Origin: an uncultured virus (IMG/VR IMGVR_UViG_3300035427_000001)
Lineage: Duplodnaviria > Heunggongvirae > Uroviricota > Caudoviricetes
Length of the DNA stretch: 64,000 bases
Strand: one strand, 5' to 3'
IMG/VR virus record: IMGVR_UViG_3300035427_000001
Below the pieces are notes generated by a model that was not told where the DNA came from, ran no database searches, and saw only the letters and a list, made by a program, of their open reading frames with translations. The position numbers were made by a program, and so were the translations under genes. This document shows, one piece after another, positions 38,278 through 47,777 of this stretch (position 1 is its first letter; every line of letters starts with the position of its first letter).

Positions 38278-39187
38278 ATTTAATACCTCCTGTCTTTTTA
38301 AGTGAATCGGAATTTATAAAATCTCCATAGGATAAGTTATATGCACTTACTCTCTTGAAAATCAATTCTTGAGTTGCTGCTGCAGGCAATAACCTACCAT
38401 TACCAAAAGTAGCTGGCTTTCCGGGTATCCTTATTCGATAACCGTTCTGAAAGTTCTTCAGAGTATAAGTTGCTGAGGTAAGGATATAATTGTGGTTATC
38501 GAATATACCAGAATCCCCCCACTCAATCTTAACAATCGGGGGAGCAGCCTGGTAGCCATTAGATTTAGACCATGCCTCTAATAACCTACATTTATTGATT
38601 ACCTCTTCTGGATTTTCTGGGTCATTACAGTACCAAGACACATTGAATTGAATAATGTCTTCAGCTCCAGTAAAGTGATACATTGGTACATTGCGACCCA
38701 TTGATTTAATGGTGGCCCATGTGGTTTCTCCTCTAAAGTCTATTTCTGGAGGTCTATTCTGTAGGGTAATGTATTGAGTGGGGTTAACAGTCATGTTATA
38801 TATCCTTACTTCATTCTGATATATAACCTCTGCTTTAGCCTCAAAGTTTCTGTAATTAGTAGTATTCTTATTCCCCTTTGCTGGGTCTACTCCTTCACCT
38901 TCTTCTAACCTTGGGAATTGTAATTCCATTCTCCATTTAGCCTGGAGTTGTTTATTTAGAATAGGATTCTTAGACGATATTTGAGCTTCTCCGATTACCC
39001 CATTTGGGTTATAGAGTTTACCCTTTTGAGAATCATCCTTTGGAAGAGTAGAGATAGTTCGATTGAGTAATATCCGAGCTCTCCATAATTTATTTAGGGG
39101 ACCAGTAAGAACACCTGCCGTATCTCTTGTAAGGTCATTGTACTTTTCAACAACCTTACCTGCTGCTTTATTTAATACTCTAGCCAT
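38270..39187 (-). CDS. Tail tube initiator (gpU / CIS-tube-like)
   Basis: GRNVPMYHFTG, PPIVKIEWG; lies between the tape measure and LysM genes. Confidence 0.7.
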   Translation of the reverse strand: MARVLNKAAGKVVEKYNDLTRDTAGVLTGPLNKLWRARILLNRTISTLPKDDSQKGKLYNPNGVIGEAQISSKNPILNKQLQAKWRMELQFPRLEEGEGVDPAKGNKNTTNYRNFEAKAEVIYQNEVRIYNMTVNPTQYITLQNRPPEIDFRGETTWATIKSMGRNVPMYHFTGAEDIIQFNVSWYCNDPENPEEVINKCRLLEAWSKSNGYQAAPPIVKIEWGDSGIFDNHNYILTSATYTLKNFQNGYRIRIPGKPATFGNGRLLPAAATQELIFKRVSAYNLSYGDFINSDSLKKTGGIKYD

Positions 39188-39199
39188 AGTGTTTTAGTT

Positions 39200-41146
39200 T
39201 TATATTCCCATTACAAATGCAGCTCCAGTAAAATCTTGTTGAGAACCTGGAGCATAATCTCCAACTGCTTGACCATCTACTGAGATATTGATACGAGAAT
39301 CTCTCATACCTTCTTTAATAGCTAACCTAACAGCATTAATAAATCTCTCTTCATTCTGGGCTCTAATGGTAGTTGGGTCTTCTTTCTCTTTATTCTGAGC
39401 TTCAGTATTCCTATCTACTGAATTACTAAGGTAACTAATACCCTCAATTAATAAAGGAAGACCTACAGTAATTGCTAATCCCCAGGATCCACCGAGTAAT
39501 CCCATAAGTCTACCACCTATAGAGGTTAAACCTTTTATAGCACCTTGCTTAACTACTTGACTACCAACTTGGGCACCTGCTCCAGCTAAAGCCCCTCCAG
39601 CTAAATTACCCGCCATAGTAGTTGCTAATGGTACTCCAGGATTTGGTGTCTTAACATATCTTCCGGTTTTAGTGTTATAAAATCTACCAGCAGAATTCAT
39701 ACCAATACCGCTTGACATCATTTGGAGTTGAACCATGGTTCTCATAAGGTTAACCATTCTTACCATGTGTGCTTCCATAATGGCAAACTGAGTATTAGTT
39801 TTTATTGCTGCAGCAGACATACCTTCAGTAGAAGCAGTAGCAATAGTCTGTAAATACCCAACAGACCTAATAATACTTCTTACAGTATTAAATCCTGCAA
39901 CAATAGTACCTACTACTACTGCAGTAGCTCCTACTCTAAGACCAAAACCTCCAACCCAAGTTTCTGAGATAGAATTAATTACTTTGATTATAGAGTTACC
40001 CACATTTAGTACTGGGGTAAAGATTCTACCCAAAGCTGCACCTGCGGTAACTGTTAAGTTCTCTATACTTGATTCGAATTGGTCAATTACACCTGCATCA
40101 GTTTTAAGACGTTCTTCATTGAGTCGATTTACTGCCCCAATGTTTTGGTCATAAGTAGCAAGTATCTTACCCATCTTATCTCTACCAGAAGCAATATCCC
40201 TAAGTACGGGAAGCATACCACGATTACCACGAACTCCAAAGATATTGAAGAAAGTTGGTGTTTCAATTCGTGAAGGTAAATCTACTGCTGCCTTAGCAAA
40301 CTTCTGATAGATAGTGTAAAGGTCTATAAGGTTACCTTGAGCATCGAAGAATTCATCTGGACTTAAGCCCAGGTCTGCTAAAGCGTTATAGCCTTTCTTT
40401 TTTTGGTTAACAAGAGAGAGTTGTAAGTAACGAATCATATTGGCCAGTGAGGTACCTGCCATAGAACCCTGTATACCCATATCACCCAATACACCAATAG
40501 CAGCAGCGGTTTGCCGAAGGTCTACTCCAGCAGTTGCCATATCTGCTCCTGCATAAGATATGGACTGGGCTAAGTCTGTTAAAGATATATTTGCATTAGT
40601 AACTGCAGTATATAAATCATCTGTTACTCTAGCGGCTTCTCCCATTGGGATTTGGTACATTGACATGATATTAGTCATCAAGTCAGCTACACCACCTTTC
40701 TGTCCCACTGGCATTGTAAAGATTGAAGCCAGCTTGGATGCTGGCCCAATCATTTCTTTAATAGCATCGAATTTATTACCCGCCATAGCCAGGTATCTTT
40801 GTCCTGATGCAACATCCGAAGCAGTAAGAGGTGTTATCTCATTGACATCTTTTGCCAATTGTAACATTTCTCTTTGTTCTGCAATGGTAGCACCAGCAAT
40901 TTTCGAAGCAGTCCAAACTTCATTCTGAACACCCGCAGAGTATTTATAGGCCCTTGCCATTCCCCCTACGAGCTGCATTCCGAAGTCCATTGTATTGGAA
41001 GCTGACATCTGTATACCTCTATTCCAGGTATTCATATCATTCATCATTGTTCTGAATGACCCAGATATCTTGCCAGCTTCTTGAGAGAATCGGTCTTTTA
41101 AAACCATGGCAACACCGACCTCTACTATACTCCTACTGGTATTCAT
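39200..41146 (-). CDS. Tail tape measure protein (TP901-type core)
   Basis: TASDVASGQRYLAMAG, GIQGSMAGTSL, hydrophobic C-terminal helices. Confidence 0.92.
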   Translation of the reverse strand: MNTSRSIVEVGVAMVLKDRFSQEAGKISGSFRTMMNDMNTWNRGIQMSASNTMDFGMQLVGGMARAYKYSAGVQNEVWTASKIAGATIAEQREMLQLAKDVNEITPLTASDVASGQRYLAMAGNKFDAIKEMIGPASKLASIFTMPVGQKGGVADLMTNIMSMYQIPMGEAARVTDDLYTAVTNANISLTDLAQSISYAGADMATAGVDLRQTAAAIGVLGDMGIQGSMAGTSLANMIRYLQLSLVNQKKKGYNALADLGLSPDEFFDAQGNLIDLYTIYQKFAKAAVDLPSRIETPTFFNIFGVRGNRGMLPVLRDIASGRDKMGKILATYDQNIGAVNRLNEERLKTDAGVIDQFESSIENLTVTAGAALGRIFTPVLNVGNSIIKVINSISETWVGGFGLRVGATAVVVGTIVAGFNTVRSIIRSVGYLQTIATASTEGMSAAAIKTNTQFAIMEAHMVRMVNLMRTMVQLQMMSSGIGMNSAGRFYNTKTGRYVKTPNPGVPLATTMAGNLAGGALAGAGAQVGSQVVKQGAIKGLTSIGGRLMGLLGGSWGLAITVGLPLLIEGISYLSNSVDRNTEAQNKEKEDPTTIRAQNEERFINAVRLAIKEGMRDSRINISVDGQAVGDYAPGSQQDFTGAAFVMGI

Positions 41147-41149
41147 AAT

Positions 41150-41293
41150 TTACTTTCTTTTCTTTAATTGTTTATAATATTGCTCGGCCATTTCCTTGAA
41201 TATTTTCCTTATTCGGTACGGAAGACGTAAAAAGCCGAAATAGTCTAAGGCTATCTCGGCTCTGGTGATATAAACAAAATCACTCTCTAACAT
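41150..41293 (-). CDS. Tail assembly chaperone C-terminal extension (gpT-like; reachable by -1 frameshift)
   Basis: Not in the track: MLESDFVYITRAEIALDYFGFLRLPYRIRKIFKEMAEQYYKQLKKRK; the frame is open back through the slippery site. Confidence 0.75.
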   Translation of the reverse strand: MLESDFVYITRAEIALDYFGFLRLPYRIRKIFKEMAEQYYKQLKKRK

Positions 41294-42054
41294 TACTCTT
41301 CCGTCAGGTAGAAAAAATTCGGTGCCCAAACTATAGGATAAGTTCTTTCTTCTCCGGTGGTTGGATTAGTGATATGGGATTCACCCTTGAAGATAGGGTC
41401 CATAGATAAGATATGCTTTCTCATCTCAGCCATATCCTTTGCAGTAAACGGAGTAAAGTTTTCTACCTTCTCCCAACTACCATCAACCTCTAAGTGAAGA
41501 TTACGGCAAAGAAGAGGAGCATTCTTAGTTTGTTTATCCAAAGGCAACTTCATGAACTCTTGTTCTCCCTTACCAGTCATACAATCGAATTTAATTCTCT
41601 TGCCAGATGAAAGAGTGTATTCATGGTCTACCAATCTAACTCCCTCTGGATAATAAGGGATAGCATCTGGCTTCTGATTTAAATCCTCTACAGTTGGAGT
41701 AGTACCGTAATCGAAAAGGAACTCATGAAGGTCTTGGCCATAAGTAATCTTACCACCATTCTCTTTGCCCCAATCATATTCAAATTCTACTTCCTCTCCC
41801 AAAGAGAAGATACGAGAATTGAAGATAATAGCATAACGGTCATTGACTGGTAAGTTAAGGGCATCATCTACGGTTAATTTCCCATTAGGAGTAGCCGTAG
41901 TTCTAATTACAATTGCTGCAATGAACTTGGTAAGGTTCATCAAAGTCTTCATGTCTGAAAGGTTACTGAGAATATCTTCATCAGCACCATTCTGTTCTCT
42001 GATTTCATATTCGAAACCAGAAGGTCCGGTAAATCTAAATGTTCTAAATTCCAT
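41293..42054 (-). CDS. Tail assembly chaperone
   Basis: Between the tube and tape measure genes; ends APNFFY at a slippery site. Confidence 0.75.
   Translation of the reverse strand: MEFRTFRFTGPSGFEYEIREQNGADEDILSNLSDMKTLMNLTKFIAAIVIRTTATPNGKLTVDDALNLPVNDRYAIIFNSRIFSLGEEVEFEYDWGKENGGKITYGQDLHEFLFDYGTTPTVEDLNQKPDAIPYYPEGVRLVDHEYTLSSGKRIKFDCMTGKGEQEFMKLPLDKQTKNAPLLCRNLHLEVDGSWEKVENFTPFTAKDMAEMRKHILSMDPIFKGESHITNPTTGEERTYPIVWAPNFFYLTEE
41311..41317 (-). promoter_or_regulatory. -1 ribosomal frameshift slippery heptamer T TTT TTC
   Basis: CCG AAT TTT TTC near the chaperone 3' end; X XXY YYZ in the correct phase. Confidence 0.7.
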
Positions 42055-42105
42055 AATTTGATATATTTAATGTTTACAAATGTTCATAGTACTCCGTATA
42101 ACAAC

Positions 42106-42146
42106 AAGAAAGGGGTGAGCTCCTATCACAGGAATCCCACCCCTCC
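42106..42146 (-). terminator. Intrinsic terminator after the tail tube gene
   Basis: Minus strand GGGGTGGGATTCCT...AGGAGCTCACCCC followed by TTTCTT. Confidence 0.65.
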
Positions 42147-42176
42147 ACCGAATCTTAGTGAAAATAGACTAAGGAA

Positions 42177-42641
42177 TTAGTATTTATCTGCAGTACCAAC
42201 TGAGAACTCTATGGACTCAATGGTATTCTCTGAAGCCATTCTGTCCAAGTCTAAGCCGGTAATCTTACATGGCCATACCTCTTCGAAGACGTGGGTATTA
42301 AGAACCGAGACTCCATCTTCGGCAAGTTCATTTACAATAGCCGTTTCCCAATATTGGCTTGGTACCAAACCTCCACCAACTATGTGGTCTTGGCAAGCAT
42401 AAAGCCAATCATGAAGCCATGTGTCTGAACCTGCAGTAGTCATAAGTTTCTCTACAATAAGATTACCTATAGTAACCCTACCTGCAGTTTTAACGTCTCT
42501 ATTGACGTCCCCATGAGCAACCTGGTCAATCTCAATATCCGGCAAAGTACAACTTTGGAATAGATAGGTATTGATAGGGTGTTTGGGGAACATGATGCTC
42601 CACAAGAATTTCTTCCGTGGGTTTTTTACTTTTGCTCCCAT
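42177..42641 (-). CDS. Tail tube protein (gp19-like)
   Basis: NPRKKF, KTAGRVTIGNL, WLHDW, VWPCKI..LDLD; follows the sheath gene. Confidence 0.88.
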   Translation of the reverse strand: MGAKVKNPRKKFLWSIMFPKHPINTYLFQSCTLPDIEIDQVAHGDVNRDVKTAGRVTIGNLIVEKLMTTAGSDTWLHDWLYACQDHIVGGGLVPSQYWETAIVNELAEDGVSVLNTHVFEEVWPCKITGLDLDRMASENTIESIEFSVGTADKY

Positions 42642-42653
42642 TGTGTTATGAGT

Positions 42654-44420
42654 TTATAAGTTATTACTTGTTTCTACGATTGATACTGCCTTAGAAGCTG
42701 CATCGATTACAATCTCCATAGTTACCTCTTGCATAGGAACTACATCCTTATACTTAAGGATAGCACGGTACTTACCCTGACGAGCATCTGCCTCGGTATT
42801 AATTGAAAGGTCATCCCAAGAAGTTGCATCTTGGTCACCCATCCAGGTATACTCGGTCATGGCATCTTCATCTACCAATGAATCCAGTGTAGGTTTAACC
42901 TCCAACCAGATTCTCTTCCAAGTACTCCAAACGTTTGGTTCTTCGATATATTTGTTGAGTACCGGGCGAAGGAACTTCTTCAGGTAAAGGTTCAGTCTTA
43001 CGATTGAAAGGAATCTTTCAGAATCCTGTTTCACTTGAGAAGAGAAGCAATGCCATAGCATGGTTTGCTTACCCGCATCTGGAGTATCTTTGATTACCAT
43101 CTCATTGATATAATTCTGAGCAAGGGTGTTCAGTTCGTTATATCGAGAAGGAGAACCATAGTTGGGGCATACTGGACCAACTGCATCTCCAATAACCCCT
43201 CGGTTCATACCAGCAAAGGATTTCCAAGGACCATATTGAGTAGCAGAGGCATCTCCCAAACCAACAATAGTACCCACTACATCGGAATCCTGAAGATTAC
43301 CGTTTTCGTTGTAGTACTTAAGTCCACCACCAAAGTAGGCAATGTACTTAGAGTTACCTACAGTACCAAGGCAAGTCTGTACCCAAGTTACCTGAGCTTT
43401 GTAATCTCTTGCCTGAGTACCTTGAGTATAATGGGTTAAATGTTTGGGAACTTCGATATACAGTACCCATTCCATCAGTTCTTTTGCCATATCAGCAGCA
43501 GCCTTATATACCTTGAGTACATCTGAATCGGTAGTAAGGTGTTGAGAGATATGTGAAATAAACAATTGGTAGAAGTCTGTGTAGTCTTTTACCAAGTCCA
43601 GTGAAGCAATCCATTCTTCGGCAGTTGGAGTGGAACCTGCACTACCGATAGTACCATTAAACAGTTTCTCTGTTTCGGAGGGTGCAGCATCTCCCACGGT
43701 AATAGTGATAGCATTCTTAGTACCATCAATATCATCGGTAAGCCACTTAATTAGGTTTTCAAAAGAGGAACCTGCAGTAATTACCGGCTTAATATATTCC
43801 GAGTTCTTAGCAAATGCACTAAGAGCAAGGTAATCTACCGAAGTGTTATTGTTATCATCGGCAGTTTTGTAGGTTATTACTGGTCCCTGTTCAAGTACTT
43901 GCCCATTAGCTGAATATATTTTATAATACAAGGTATTAGCTTGCTTATAAAAACCAACCTGGAAAGTATTTGCACTACCAATTGGATCTCCATATCCCTT
44001 GGTTACTAATCCAAAACTATAAGTAGTACTACCAGATGTTAAAGTAATCAAAGCAGAGGGTTTAGCTGGGTCAGTTACAGCAGAAGCAACTGAGATTTCA
44101 TCTTCTGAATCTTTAGCTTTTCTTGCCGCAGCCGGAGAAGCAGTTACTGTACCTTGAGTAGCTCCTTTGCCAAGTACTCGAATAACACGAAGCTTAGAAC
44201 CACCTTGCAAAGCCTTTTCGATATTTGATACAGAACCATCGGGTACAATTTCAGAACCATAGATTCTTTGGAACTGAGAGAATGTAGAGATGATTTCTGA
44301 AGGGTCATCGTATGGACCTTTAGTAGTTCTAGCCAATACACAAGAAACTCCTAACATGGGAGTAGTTTGAAGAACATTGTTGTTCTTAAACTTAAAATCA
44401 ACATGAGGTGAAGTTGGCAT
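42654..44420 (-). CDS. Contractile tail sheath protein
   Basis: TTKGP, GPWKSFAGMNRG, FLSIVRL, EEPN..TW. Confidence 0.92.
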   Translation of the reverse strand: MPTSPHVDFKFKNNNVLQTTPMLGVSCVLARTTKGPYDDPSEIISTFSQFQRIYGSEIVPDGSVSNIEKALQGGSKLRVIRVLGKGATQGTVTASPAAARKAKDSEDEISVASAVTDPAKPSALITLTSGSTTYSFGLVTKGYGDPIGSANTFQVGFYKQANTLYYKIYSANGQVLEQGPVITYKTADDNNNTSVDYLALSAFAKNSEYIKPVITAGSSFENLIKWLTDDIDGTKNAITITVGDAAPSETEKLFNGTIGSAGSTPTAEEWIASLDLVKDYTDFYQLFISHISQHLTTDSDVLKVYKAAADMAKELMEWVLYIEVPKHLTHYTQGTQARDYKAQVTWVQTCLGTVGNSKYIAYFGGGLKYYNENGNLQDSDVVGTIVGLGDASATQYGPWKSFAGMNRGVIGDAVGPVCPNYGSPSRYNELNTLAQNYINEMVIKDTPDAGKQTMLWHCFSSQVKQDSERFLSIVRLNLYLKKFLRPVLNKYIEEPNVWSTWKRIWLEVKPTLDSLVDEDAMTEYTWMGDQDATSWDDLSINTEADARQGKYRAILKYKDVVPMQEVTMEIVIDAASKAVSIVETSNNL

Positions 44421-44477
44421 AATTCTATTGTGATTAAAGTTAATTACTCGTTTAATTTATACCCTAGAGTATTGTAC

Positions 44478-45182
44478 CTATACCTTAGGTACTTTTAATT
44501 CTAGCATCTCATTTTCGTTTTGTTCTAACAATCCAATAAGAACCGATATATCCTTGATAGGTGTAAGAGTACCTTCTCCCAAAGCTTTTTCTGGAAGAAT
44601 ACCGTCCTTACATACATAGGTGTATACCTTCTCAAGTATACCATGCTCTACATCTGGATGGTCATAATAATTACCAATTTCAATGAATAGGTTTCCGGTG
44701 GGAGCAAGCCTGCCCTTTTCCCATTCCTCTAAATCATTGAAGTATGGTCTCACGTATCCTCTAGCAGGTAAGCCAGTATATAAGATTGTATGTAGCAATC
44801 TCATATCTGCTTGTGTTTGAGAAACCAGATGTACATCTATGGTAATATCCTTAGTTTCATAAGGAAACTCTGAAGCTTGGTAATTACCATCCTCAAGTTT
44901 ATCACCAATGATGTATTTATTCACACCAATATCTCCAGCATAATAACCCTGTAGTTCTATGGTTATTCTTGGGAGAGTCTTTGGGCCTTTTACTTGATTA
45001 TTCCCTATACCAAAAAGTGGTATAAACTTCTTCATACCTTTGATTGCCTCTTGAAATCTTTTTTCGTTTTCTTGAGACAAAGGTAAGAAGTCTTCTGGGT
45101 TTAAGGTAAGACCCATTTCCAACATTGTACTAAGTAGAGAGATATAAAAAGTTCTTTCTACTATTTCTTCTGAGTTTACCAT
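44478..45182 (-). CDS. Tail completion / terminator protein
   Basis: Directly upstream of the sheath gene; LPRITI motif. Confidence 0.55.
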   Translation of the reverse strand: MVNSEEIVERTFYISLLSTMLEMGLTLNPEDFLPLSQENEKRFQEAIKGMKKFIPLFGIGNNQVKGPKTLPRITIELQGYYAGDIGVNKYIIGDKLEDGNYQASEFPYETKDITIDVHLVSQTQADMRLLHTILYTGLPARGYVRPYFNDLEEWEKGRLAPTGNLFIEIGNYYDHPDVEHGILEKVYTYVCKDGILPEKALGEGTLTPIKDISVLIGLLEQNENEMLELKVPKV

Positions 45183-46126
45183 TAAAGTCCTAATCTAATA
45201 TTTAACTGAACACTTTGATTGCCATTGTCATTAATATACCCATTATAAGTTACCTGAATACCTCCAAAACTATTCATTATGGTTTGTAAATGACCAACAC
45301 AATTTAATTCACTAACCCATTGAGTAGCAATATTTGAAGGATAATCGGTAAGCCATACTTTAAAGGGCATTGGTTCAGAACCAATACCTCCAGGGAATTG
45401 ACCCTCTATTGTCTTACTTATATCGGTTATCTTAAATCGTTTTATAGATTTAGCAACTTGAATACCGTTGATAAGGTAGTACTGATAACCCTTTACATTA
45501 CTAATCGGAGCAGTACTAGTATTTTGACCAGGATTTGGGAATGGTATATTCGGGGTTGGTTCAAAGCCATACTTAGTAGTTCTAATACCTGGAGATTGAG
45601 TTATATTTAAAACTATCTCTGGGTTAGGTTCTTGCTGTGAGATAATCTTAACCGTAGTAGTTCTTTCTAATGGGTCATAGTTACTTGGGTTGTGATCTTG
45701 ATTAGTAGATTTAGTTTTGATAATAAGCTTACCTGCAGCATTAGCTTCCCCAATTTCTTGGGTTACCTCTAACCAATCGGATGAGCTTTCTAATTTCCAA
45801 TCTACAGCACGGTATTCATCTTGAGGCTCATTATTTATAAACTTCTGTTGGTAACTATATACCCCTATTTCTAGAGTCTCACCCCTTTTAGTACCATCGA
45901 AAGTATGGGAAGTAGTTTCCGGAGTGATACTAAAATAAGTTCCCCAGGTCTCTACTATTTTAGGAGCAGCCTTTTGTATCAGAGTTACTTCCCTTTCTAC
46001 ACCCTGAACTACTACCTTGAGGACCTGCTCTTTTAAGGTCTGTTCTGTATTTACTGCTTTCGGTTTTACACGAATGGTAGCAGTACCAGTTCCTGATAGT
46101 GAAGATATTTCAAAATCTACTGCCAT
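45182..46126 (-). CDS. BACON/Ig-like domain structural protein
   Basis: SGTGTATI...VTLIQKAA; SSDWLEVT...R...V.I.Q..LNITQ. Confidence 0.65.
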   Translation of the reverse strand: MAVDFEISSLSGTGTATIRVKPKAVNTEQTLKEQVLKVVVQGVEREVTLIQKAAPKIVETWGTYFSITPETTSHTFDGTKRGETLEIGVYSYQQKFINNEPQDEYRAVDWKLESSSDWLEVTQEIGEANAAGKLIIKTKSTNQDHNPSNYDPLERTTTVKIISQQEPNPEIVLNITQSPGIRTTKYGFEPTPNIPFPNPGQNTSTAPISNVKGYQYYLINGIQVAKSIKRFKITDISKTIEGQFPGGIGSEPMPFKVWLTDYPSNIATQWVSELNCVGHLQTIMNSFGGIQVTYNGYINDNGNQSVQLNIRLGL

Positions 46127-46683
46127 TATATAATCCTCCTTATTTCTTTTCTAACTTCATTACGTATTTCCTTTTGTAAGGCAGCTTTTCCACCAGCAGC
46201 CTTAAATGCAGGAGCCCAGAGAGGACGAGGTGGTAAATTACCATCTCTACTACCATACTCTAACATGATAGCTATCTGATTCAAAGTTTTTCTTGAAGTC
46301 TTACCAGTATAAGTAATCTTCTTGATTCCAATTGGTAAACCAACGAAAGTTCTTTTCTTACCTTTTACTAAGGTAACTGACCTGGCATATTGTCCAGTAA
46401 GATTTAGCATGGTATGGTCTCCATATTTCTTTATGGTACCAGGAGCATGTGGTGGCCAAGATACTCCGGAACCCCTTGGAGGTACACCAGTATTCAAACT
46501 TCGTCTTACTATACGAAGAAGTTGATTACCAAACTTTTCTGTACCTTTCGCATAGCCTTCGGTTAAGATACTTGGAGTTTTGGCAATCAACCTTTCTGCA
46601 CGAGCTTGTTCTCGTTTATCTACGTATATTTCTAGAGGACCAACTGGAGTCGATAGTGTAATATTAACCGACTTACTTGGCAT
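46126..46683 (-). CDS. Neck / tail completion protein (HK97 gp10-like)
   Basis: W.P.AP.T..K, L..TG, EYGSRDGNLPPRPLWAP. Confidence 0.75.
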   Translation of the reverse strand: MPSKSVNITLSTPVGPLEIYVDKREQARAERLIAKTPSILTEGYAKGTEKFGNQLLRIVRRSLNTGVPPRGSGVSWPPHAPGTIKKYGDHTMLNLTGQYARSVTLVKGKKRTFVGLPIGIKKITYTGKTSRKTLNQIAIMLEYGSRDGNLPPRPLWAPAFKAAGGKAALQKEIRNEVRKEIRRII

Positions 46684-46691
46684 AATTCTTA

Positions 46692-47216
46692 TTATTGTTT
46701 AGGTTTATCTAATCCCAATTCTTGAGCAATCCTTAATAAAAGGGTTTCTTGGTTAGTTAACCTCTCATTCATGGATAACTTAAATTCTTCGAAATCTGGA
46801 GCAGGATTACGAGGTGATTCTGAACGATTATTAATTAAACCAAGAATATTATCGCATTCAGAAACAACGGCCTCAAATTTGGCTTTGTTATTTAAAATAT
46901 TTAAAGCATTCTGTTTCTGCATTGATACCTCATTAATGATATTATCGAGATTGGTCGTATAATAGGTACCATTATAAATACCTTCATTTACATTAGTTGG
47001 TAAATAAATGGTAATTTGAGATATTGAATCTTGTATCACTAATTCGATACTGTTAACAAAACCTTCTTTACCATTTGAGGCCATTGGTTTACTTTCGCCA
47101 ACTTTTAAAACTCTTGCTTGGTCAAAGATTGGATAACCAGACCGACGATCTTTCTCTAAGGTGAAAATCATATCACCCTTTTGTACTTTCTGAAAAATCA
47201 ATTCTTCCATAATCAT
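46692..47216 (-). CDS. Hypothetical protein, last gene of a small cassette
   Basis: 174-aa intact ORF with a coiled-coil C-terminus. Confidence 0.75.
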   Translation of the reverse strand: MIMEELIFQKVQKGDMIFTLEKDRRSGYPIFDQARVLKVGESKPMASNGKEGFVNSIELVIQDSISQITIYLPTNVNEGIYNGTYYTTNLDNIINEVSMQKQNALNILNNKAKFEAVVSECDNILGLINNRSESPRNPAPDFEEFKLSMNERLTNQETLLLRIAQELGLDKPKQ

Positions 47217-47406
47217 TTTCTATTTATTAAGTTTAAACCGAATGATACTGCACCTGGATTCTTCTGCATGAAGTCTACCAGTTTTAGAAATTGATAGTAT
47301 CCAAGTTGATTAATGCTTTGTTTGCTACTTCTTGAGCAACCTCTATATTTGGAGCAGGTAATGCTAGTTGTATCTTAAATTCGGTGAGTTGTTCTTGTTG
47401 TTCCAT
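47213..47406 (-). pseudogene. Frameshifted small gene
   Basis: MEQQEQLTEFKIQLALPAPNIEVAQEVANKA stops at 47284, but another frame continues INQLGYYQFLKLVDFMQKNPGAVSFGLNLINRK to a TGA overlapping the next ATG. Confidence 0.6.
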
Positions 47407-47432
47407 AATTCCTTAGTTAATGTGTTAAAACG

Positions 47433-47470
47433 AAAAAAGGAGTACACCTAAAATAGATGCACTCCTTTTT
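47433..47470 (-). terminator. Intrinsic terminator (possibly bidirectional)
   Basis: Minus strand AAAAAGGAGTGCATCTA-TTT-TAGGTGTACTCCTTTTTT. Confidence 0.75.
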
Positions 47471-47492
47471 AGTCATCCCAGCAAATTAAAAA

Positions 47493-47707
47493 TTACTGAG
47501 CCGGTGTAGTTGTACCTTTTAAGGCAGCCACAACTTGATTGATAATGTTCTGGTCTCTCTGAGCATCTACTACTCGATTAAGGCGGGCAATCTCCGGGTC
47601 TTTTGCAGTATTCTCGATGAGACACTTGATTTCCGGTTATAACAATCATTACAGCCTCTGCCCGCGATTACAACGCCATCGCCGGCACCTTTTACTTCTA
47701 CTCCCCT
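47493..47707 (-). pseudogene. Degraded gene remnant (lost start codon plus out-of-frame junction)
   Basis: AGG then GVEVKGAGDGVVIAGRGCNDCYNR, joined out of frame to EIKCLIENTAKDPEIARLNRVVDAQRDQNIINQVVAALKGTTTPAQ*; followed by a terminator. Confidence 0.6.
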
Positions 47708-47777
47708 AATTGTAAGGTTTTAAAGATTAATACTTAGGTTAATTATACATTAAATACAGAATAGTGTTGTATTTTTA

